Positions 58,296 to 64,000 of a DNA stretch of 64,000 bases are shown here, piece after piece. The position numbers were made by a program, and so were the translations under genes. The notes beneath the pieces were generated by a model. It was not told the DNA's origin and did no database searches. It worked only from the letters and a program-made list of their open reading frames with translations. The stretch's first letter is position 1. Each line of letters begins with the position of its first letter. Origin of the DNA: an uncultured bacterium. Its GTDB lineage: Bacteria > Fidelibacterota > Marinisomatia > Marinisomatales > UBA1611. The stretch covers positions 4,003 through 68,002 of the forward strand of contig CAZLPW010000004.1 of the NCBI GenBank assembly GCA_964561495.1, written 5' to 3'.

Positions 58296-61043
58296 TCAAT
58301 TGTCCTCAGGTATATCTTTATTTTGAACATCTAATTCTTTGGATCCTCCTTCATCTGGAGCTTCTCCTTTATTAACATCTAATTCTTTGGATCCTCCTTC
58401 ATCTGGAGCTTCTCCTTTATTAACATCTAATTCTTTGGATCCTCCTTCATCTGGCAAAATTAATTTAGTCTCAGAATCCGAATCCAATTTAATTGGGTTT
58501 TGATCTGGGGGTGTTGGTTCCGGCACTAAAGATTCTTCTTGAGACATTTCTGGAACTGGCGGAACTGGTTCAACCTGTTGTTTATTACCAATTTCATTAG
58601 TTTTAATCAAACTTTTTGCCTTTTCTAATTTTAAAGAATCGCTTACAGTATTACCTTTTTCTAGTTTATTATTTATCTTTGTAGATTTTTCTCTAATTGG
58701 ATTTAAATCTTCATCGGATGATAATAAAACTGGCGTAAACTTTTCAGATTTTGGCACTATGCTTTGCACAGGGACTATAGGGATTTCAGGATCCACTTGA
58801 TCTGATTGTGCATCTGGGAGTCGCTCTGCTCTTGTAATTTTTGGCAACTTTCCTTGCGGCCCAAATAGTGGTTTTTTAATCGAACCATCTTTTAATAATT
58901 GAAATTTTAAAGAATCTGGGAATTCTTCTTTTAAAAGATGAGAAAACATAACACTTGGCTTTATGCTTCCAGAAAGATCGAATTCAGTAGTTATTTTTTT
59001 TGAACCATTTTCTCTAACAATAACCTCACCTCTAATAGCTTGGAGCTTACCTTCATCCATAAAAAGCGCTAGAGACTGCGGAGGAATAGAGGGTGTTGTT
59101 GAAGAAAGATATATTCCCTTGTGAACAAGACTATCAGAACTTCCATCAAAAGAAAACCTAATTAATCTATCAGCAAAGTCCATGCCCAAAGAAGTTGGAA
59201 AACCTTCAAAAAAATAATTGGGAAATTCAAAAAGTGTTGGATCAAATGATTCTGGTTGATAAGACTGAGAAAGTGAATCATCTGATGGCAATACAGACAC
59301 AAAAAAAACATTGGTTTGTAAATCATGAACCATAACTAATGTAGTAATACTATCTACACTTGCTTTTCGCAATGTATAAGCAAAATCAAATGTTTCACCT
59401 GGGCGCAATCCATTTAAATTTGCTGAAATGGAATGTTGAAAATGACTAGCTTCTCCTATTTGAGGAATTTGGTTAACTGAAACGCCAAAAGGGGCTTCTC
59501 CATCAAATACGTATCTATCTTTTGATTTTTTTATTGAAGGTGTTATCGCCATCACATAGTATAAATCTATTTCACCCTCAATAGATTTAAAGATATTTGA
59601 ATCGTTTATCATAGGTTTAAAAGCAATTTTTTCTTTAACTGCATTTGAAAAAGTTAAAATTTCTGCATCTAGTGAAGGCGATTTTTCAGTATCCTCTATT
59701 TCACTTTCTTCATTCTCATTATACAAATCAATATCTACCTTTTCAAATCCTGCTTCCTCCGCGATAATTTCGCTATTCATTTCTTTATTAAAATTAGGTA
59801 TTGTGGTCTTCTTTGCTTTTTGTTCTTCGTTATCAGAATTTTGTTTCAATGAAGAAAGATAGTCACCAATAGTTGGTGTCAGTAATTCAAAATCATTTTT
59901 TTTGTTTTTAGGTATAATCTTTTGTTTCAATTGTGTTTCTTTATAATCAAAGGGCAAACTTGTGATTTTATTAAAATCTAACCTTTCATTGTTTTCAATT
60001 GGTAACGGGGGGGGAGGGATTAAATTTTTATTTGCTTTGCCTTGAAGGTTCTTTTTACCAATATCTTGATTAGAATTATTTAAAATTTCTTTTTTTATTT
60101 TTTTCTTTTTTATTTGCCCACCACTATAGTTTACAACCTCTGGTATTTGGCCATAAGTTATATCAGTTTTATTAAAAAGTACTTCTGAATCATTAACTTG
60201 CAATAGAAACTTGTCATCTGATCCATATGGTATAACCAAACCATCTGAAATACCATCTTGGGTTTTATATGGCTGAATACCTGCTCCAATAAGATATGTT
60301 GCGTCACCAACCAAAAAAACGTCTGATTTTAGTAAAGCACCTTCTGATTCCATATCAAAGACTGCTGTTTTTATTTTATTATTTTCTGGGGATAAAATTG
60401 CAAAATATGTTTTGTCGTTATTTTTAAAGCCACTAGCATAAATATGTCCATAGCCATTTTCTATTATTTGAGCTTTTAATAGTTTAATTTTTTCTATCTT
60501 TAGATTTTTATCCTTAATTGAAAGATTGAAAATCATAGCTTTTCTAATGGGAGTCCCAAAAGCAACGGCCATTTGATTTTTTGCACCTGAAATTTTTGAA
60601 ATATTTAGAGGTCTTATAGTAGTACCTAAATCTAAAGAAAGATAATCTGCCGTTATTGGATCGCTATCAAACATATTCTCGCTTGCAATAAATACATATA
60701 GCCAGTTTTGATTAACTGAAAAAAGTGAATTCCGAGCTATAACAATTATATCTGGGTTTTCATCATCGTTAATATCCATTAATTCAGCATCTAAGAAGGA
60801 TCCCCCATTTGGTAAATCATAGCTCCAAAGCAATTCTTTTACCTTTGAATCAACAATCTCTACCCAACTTATTGAATGCTCTCCCGAGTTTAAGAGTAGC
60901 GACTCTTTAACACCGTCTCCATCAACATCATAGATATTTTGAAACTTTATAGTTTCTTCAGAATATAATGAAGCGAATATCAATAGAAAAAGTAGGGTAT
61001 TAAAATAACCCACTCTGTTATTTAAAGATGCGGTTGACACCAT
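58296..61043 (-). CDS. Large secreted protein, N-terminal paralog of the downstream giant protein, with a low-complexity and repeat-bearing C-terminus
   Basis: 915 aa with a signal peptide. The first ~170 aa align by eye with the neighbour: YDVDGDG/YDIDNDN, LLWSY/LVWEF, FLDAE/FVDAK, YVFIAS/HVFIAS, LDLG/LDIG and FGTPIR/LGSPFR. The middle is K/N/E-rich and the end carries three PDEGGSKELDV units. Confidence 0.55.
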   Translation of the reverse strand: MVSTASLNNRVGYFNTLLFLLIFASLYSEETIKFQNIYDVDGDGVKESLLLNSGEHSISWVEIVDSKVKELLWSYDLPNGGSFLDAELMDINDDENPDIIVIARNSLFSVNQNWLYVFIASENMFDSDPITADYLSLDLGTTIRPLNISKISGAKNQMAVAFGTPIRKAMIFNLSIKDKNLKIEKIKLLKAQIIENGYGHIYASGFKNNDKTYFAILSPENNKIKTAVFDMESEGALLKSDVFLVGDATYLIGAGIQPYKTQDGISDGLVIPYGSDDKFLLQVNDSEVLFNKTDITYGQIPEVVNYSGGQIKKKKIKKEILNNSNQDIGKKNLQGKANKNLIPPPPLPIENNERLDFNKITSLPFDYKETQLKQKIIPKNKKNDFELLTPTIGDYLSSLKQNSDNEEQKAKKTTIPNFNKEMNSEIIAEEAGFEKVDIDLYNENEESEIEDTEKSPSLDAEILTFSNAVKEKIAFKPMINDSNIFKSIEGEIDLYYVMAITPSIKKSKDRYVFDGEAPFGVSVNQIPQIGEASHFQHSISANLNGLRPGETFDFAYTLRKASVDSITTLVMVHDLQTNVFFVSVLPSDDSLSQSYQPESFDPTLFEFPNYFFEGFPTSLGMDFADRLIRFSFDGSSDSLVHKGIYLSSTTPSIPPQSLALFMDEGKLQAIRGEVIVRENGSKKITTEFDLSGSIKPSVMFSHLLKEEFPDSLKFQLLKDGSIKKPLFGPQGKLPKITRAERLPDAQSDQVDPEIPIVPVQSIVPKSEKFTPVLLSSDEDLNPIREKSTKINNKLEKGNTVSDSLKLEKAKSLIKTNEIGNKQQVEPVPPVPEMSQEESLVPEPTPPDQNPIKLDSDSETKLILPDEGGSKELDVNKGEAPDEGGSKELDVNKGEAPDEGGSKELDVQNKDIPEDN
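58327..58454. repeat. Perfect 48-bp direct tandem repeat, 2.67 copies
   Basis: The unit ACATCTAATTCTTTGGATCCTCCTTCATCTGGAGCTTCTCCTTTATTA occupies 58327-58374 and 58375-58422. Its first 32 nt recur at 58423-58454. All copies are identical base for base. On the minus strand it encodes PDEGGSKELDVNKGEA repeats. Confidence 0.95.
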
Positions 61044-61261
61044 AATTTAACCCAAATTTGGAAATATTTATTTAGGGAGACAAATTATGATTCCTCTCCC
61101 TTACCTCGATTACTCTGAAAATTAAGGTTAAATTAGGCCTTTTTCAAGAAAAAGCCCTTTTAGTTATTTTTTAAATATATATATTAATTATTTTCAATAA
61201 ATTCTTCGTTAATTTAAAAGATGGTACATAAATTGTTCTATCTACGGGAAAACGGATAATA

Positions 61262-62119
61262 ATGAAAACAAAAATTTTATTTATATTTTTAAATTTATCG
61301 CTCGCTCTTGGGCAATTTGGATATCCAGTCGAAGATTTCTTCGGTGGAGGGATAGGATACAGTCCAATGTATATTTCTCTTGATTCCATTCCTGGAGCAT
61401 CTAAGCTAAAGGAATTAGGTTTAAAAACCGAAGATTTTGATTCTCCTTTTATAATTCATGGAGGAGAAGGGTTCGCCCATGTTACTGGCAAATGGCGGGT
61501 AGGTGGGTACGCTGGTCTAGGTGCATCTAGCATAAGTACCATACCCTCAATAACTGTTTACATAGAGGATGATGTTGAGGGATACCAGGGAGGGGAAACA
61601 TCTGCACCTTACACTGCAGATTACAGTCCTACAATCGATGCAAAATTCAGTATTGCCTTGGGAGCAGCGTCGGTAGAATATGTAATGCCCGTTCTTCAAG
61701 ATCTTGAAATATCTGGCGGTGCATTAATGGGTTTAGCAAGAGTAAATATTGCACTCGAGCAACAAGGCGGTACTCCTAAATGGGGAACATCTTTTGAAAA
61801 TGTTTACGGTAATTATGTTGATGGAGTTCTATATGTTCCAGTTACAGATTCAACATCATTGACGGATAAGACTTTAAGGCCCGATGCAGTCCCAAGCCTA
61901 TTAAGAGATGTAAGTGCAACATTTTTCAACTTTCAGCCCTACGTTGCCATGAAGTGGCAATTTTTAGAAAGAATGGGCCTTAGAATAAGTGTTGGGTTTA
62001 ATAAAGGTACTATTGGAAATGGAAATTGGAAATTAAATGGACGTACTTTAATAGGCGATTCTCCAGTTGCGGCAATTCAAGGCGTTACATTTAGAACAAT
62101 GCTCTATATCGGTTTATAG
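61262..62119 (+). CDS. Hypothetical outer-membrane beta-barrel-like protein
   Basis: 285 aa with a signal peptide and Gly/aromatic-rich alternating segments, ending ...FRTMLYIGL. I recognise no family. Confidence 0.45.
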   Translation: MKTKILFIFLNLSLALGQFGYPVEDFFGGGIGYSPMYISLDSIPGASKLKELGLKTEDFDSPFIIHGGEGFAHVTGKWRVGGYAGLGASSISTIPSITVYIEDDVEGYQGGETSAPYTADYSPTIDAKFSIALGAASVEYVMPVLQDLEISGGALMGLARVNIALEQQGGTPKWGTSFENVYGNYVDGVLYVPVTDSTSLTDKTLRPDAVPSLLRDVSATFFNFQPYVAMKWQFLERMGLRISVGFNKGTIGNGNWKLNGRTLIGDSPVAAIQGVTFRTMLYIGL

Positions 62120-62131
62120 ATAATTATTATT

Positions 62132-63745
62132 ATGAAAAAACCAATATCAAACTTCCGATCTATTTTTGTGCCTTTATCTATAGGCTTCCTCTTTGGAACA
62201 TTAATCACAGGAACATTGGTTTTTTCAAATAGCCAAAACATATATCGAATACTTAGAAATAAAACTAAAATATTAAACCAAATAATATCATACGTTAATC
62301 ATTTTTATTTTGATAATGTAGACATGGAAAAATTAATGGATGGAGCATTTCATGGATTGATGGAAGAACTGGATCCACATTCAATGTATATCCCCGCTAA
62401 AGAGCAAGAAGATATTGATGAATTATTCAAAGGAAAATTTCAAGGTATCGGAATCGAGTTTGATATATTAAATGGCTACATAACTGTAATATCTCCAGTC
62501 CCTGATAGTCCATCAGATATTGTTGGTTTAATGCCAGGTGATAAAATAACAAAAATTAATGGTGAGGATGCCTATAAGATAACAAAAGATGAGGTATTCA
62601 AAAAACTAAGAGGGCGGAAAGGAACGGAGGTCGAAATTACAATTAATCGAATAGGGATTCGAAAACCATTTAACGTCACTATAATTAGAGATGATATTCC
62701 AATATATAGTGTCGGCGCTGCTACTATGTTAGACGACATAACTGGTTACGTTTCCTTAAGACGCTTTTCTGCTACGACCGAAAAAGAAGTTGTTAAAGCT
62801 CTTGATAAACTTAAGAACTCTGGAATGGAACGTCTTATTTTTGATTTGCGAGGCAATAGCGGGGGATACCTTGAACAAGCTGCCGCAATTTGCAATCAGT
62901 TTATTAATACAGCTGATACTCTGGTGTACACAAAAGGAAAGATAAAAGAATCAAACCAGGTGTTTATGGCAAACCCGTCAAAAGGTAGAAATGATTTTTC
63001 TTTAATAGTGCTTATAAATCGCGGTTCTGCAAGCGCTAGTGAAATTGTTTCTGGTGCAGTTCAAGATTTAGATAGAGGGCTTGTAGTTGGTGAAACAAGC
63101 TTTGGGAAAGGCCTGGTTCAAAGACAGCTCCCATTAGAAAGTGGTGGCGCTGTTAGAGTTACCATCGCTCGATATTTCACGCCCAGTGGAAGACTAATAC
63201 AAAGACCTTATGAAGATGGAAATGAATTAGCTTATTATCGCGAACTTTATGCTATCGACCGTGAATCAAAAATCGATAGCTTAAAAGCTCTTCGCCCTAA
63301 ATTTAAAACTCGTTCTGGTAGAATTGTTTATGGAGGAGGTGGAATCACCCCAGATATTTACATACCATACAAACAAGGATACTCCAATGAGACAGCAAAT
63401 GTAATTCGTAGTCCAAAAAGACCTATATTAAACTTTGCGATAGAATATGCTTCACTGCACCAAGATGAACTTAATTCCTTTGACCTTTTTCAAGACTCTT
63501 GGAATGTGACAGATGAAATTTATTTAAATTTTCTAGAACATTTAAAACAAGATTCCATAGATTTTGTATCTGATTCTTTATCAAAAGATATTTCTTTTAT
63601 TTACAATTATATCAAGGGTGAAATTGCAGGGGCTCGATGGGGAAAAGATAAAGCTGCTAGTATAAAGCTTAAAATGGATAGTCAAATAAAAGAATCTCTT
63701 AAACATTTTGATGAAGCAGATGCATTCATTCAATCATTGAATTAA
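62132..63745 (+). CDS. ctpA: Carboxy-terminal processing peptidase (S41A)
   Basis: N-terminal anchor, a PDZ region (GLMPGDKITKING), DLRGNSGGYL, SASASEI and TSFGKGLVQ. Confidence 0.9.
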   Translation: MKKPISNFRSIFVPLSIGFLFGTLITGTLVFSNSQNIYRILRNKTKILNQIISYVNHFYFDNVDMEKLMDGAFHGLMEELDPHSMYIPAKEQEDIDELFKGKFQGIGIEFDILNGYITVISPVPDSPSDIVGLMPGDKITKINGEDAYKITKDEVFKKLRGRKGTEVEITINRIGIRKPFNVTIIRDDIPIYSVGAATMLDDITGYVSLRRFSATTEKEVVKALDKLKNSGMERLIFDLRGNSGGYLEQAAAICNQFINTADTLVYTKGKIKESNQVFMANPSKGRNDFSLIVLINRGSASASEIVSGAVQDLDRGLVVGETSFGKGLVQRQLPLESGGAVRVTIARYFTPSGRLIQRPYEDGNELAYYRELYAIDRESKIDSLKALRPKFKTRSGRIVYGGGGITPDIYIPYKQGYSNETANVIRSPKRPILNFAIEYASLHQDELNSFDLFQDSWNVTDEIYLNFLEHLKQDSIDFVSDSLSKDISFIYNYIKGEIAGARWGKDKAASIKLKMDSQIKESLKHFDEADAFIQSLN

Positions 63746-63797
63746 ATTAAATGGAATTTTTATAATATATTTTAATAATTAAAAATGGAGAAGTTAA

Positions 63798-64000
63798 ATG
63801 GTACAATATTTTCATGATGGTGGCAACTTTATGTGGCCTATACTTGGTGCTTTATTAGTTGGACTTGGTTTTGCTATTGAGCGATTTTACTCTTTAGTCA
63901 TTTCGCAGGTAGACACCCAAAACTTATTTAAAGATGTCACAGAAGCATTGGATTCAGGTAATGATGATAAAGCTTTACAAATTTGTTCTGATACTGAAGG
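63798..64000 (+). CDS. MotA/TolQ/ExbB proton-channel family protein (5' fragment)
   Basis: My own translation gives MVQYFHDGGNFMWPILGALLVGLGFAIERFYSL..., a typical ExbB/TolQ N-terminus. GGAG lies 7 nt upstream of the ATG. The gene runs off the window. Confidence 0.65.
   Translation, partial: MVQYFHDGGNFMWPILGALLVGLGFAIERFYSLVISQVDTQNLFKDVTEALDSGNDDKALQICSDTE

Noticed and set aside
58327-58454. Possibility that the 48-bp repeats are a CRISPR array.
   Set aside because: The copies are directly adjacent with no spacers. They are in frame inside a long ORF, and no cas genes occur in the window.
61171-61389. 72-aa minus-strand ORF spanning the 5' end of the barrel gene at 61262.
   Set aside because: It overlaps the start of a better-supported plus-strand gene, has no ribosome-binding site or motif, and has AT-rich low-complexity composition.
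63798-64000. The MotA/ExbB-like gene at the window edge as part of a Zorya-type defence system or a flagellar stator.
   Set aside because: Only ~67 codons are visible, and they look like an ordinary ExbB/TolQ N-terminus. No partner genes are in view, so there is no basis for a defence call.
1-64000. Alternative genetic code or stop-codon recoding, considered because of the AT richness and streamlining.
   Set aside because: TGA clearly terminates several conserved genes, for example in the ATGA junctions at 3979-3982 and 4356-4359 and at the stop at 242-244. All family-recognisable ORFs are full length under the standard bacterial code.

Overview
This is a visibly AT-rich, very gene-dense bacterial window. 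About 65 intact CDSs and one tRNA are present, most intergenic gaps are under 60 bp, and many gene junctions overlap as ATGA or TAATG. It reads with the standard genetic code, with TGA used as a stop. Nearly all of it is conserved housekeeping from a diderm (LPS-bearing) bacterium.

Main contents, in order:
- A pyrimidine/nucleoside salvage operon: rhomboid-cdd-udk-tdk-nupC-adk-coaE.
- An nfeD-floA membrane-microdomain operon.
- A 32-kb run of about 33 co-directional minus-strand genes. It holds the envelope/lipid A cluster (uppS-bamA-skp-lpxD-lpxC-fabZ-lpxA ... dxr-rseP), an Fe-S pair (fdx-mrp), pepC-plsC-mutY-marR, a lipase module, priA, rpsF-rpsR-rplI, a membrane pyrophosphatase, pth-rplY-prs, tRNA-Gln(UUG), ispE-ispF-ispD, queA-ruvB and uvrA.
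- A fabA / enoyl-ACP-reductase-like pair and ychF.
- A second lipid A cluster: Gfo/Idh/MocA oxidoreductase, ICMT-like methyltransferase, lpxB, DUF374, lpxK.
- Two very large tandem paralogous envelope proteins, one outer-membrane barrel, ctpA, and the 5' end of an exbB/tolQ-type gene.

I found no transposases, integrases, CRISPR arrays, prophage genes or recognisable defence systems.

The least explained and most interesting parts are:
1. The tandem pair of giant FG-GAP-like / Ig-repeat proteins (54402-61043), one of which carries a perfect 48-bp tandem repeat.
2. The late lipid A cluster, with candidates resembling the Leptospira-type GnnA and LmtA lipid A tailoring enzymes.
3. A lipase of the Gram-positive type (family I.5/I.6) that is translationally coupled to a PorV/FadL-like barrel.

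Frequent Shine-Dalgarno use, a short-LID adenylate kinase, DUF3108 and PorV-like proteins suggest an uncultured marine FCB-superphylum-like lineage such as Marinimicrobia. That placement is inference only.
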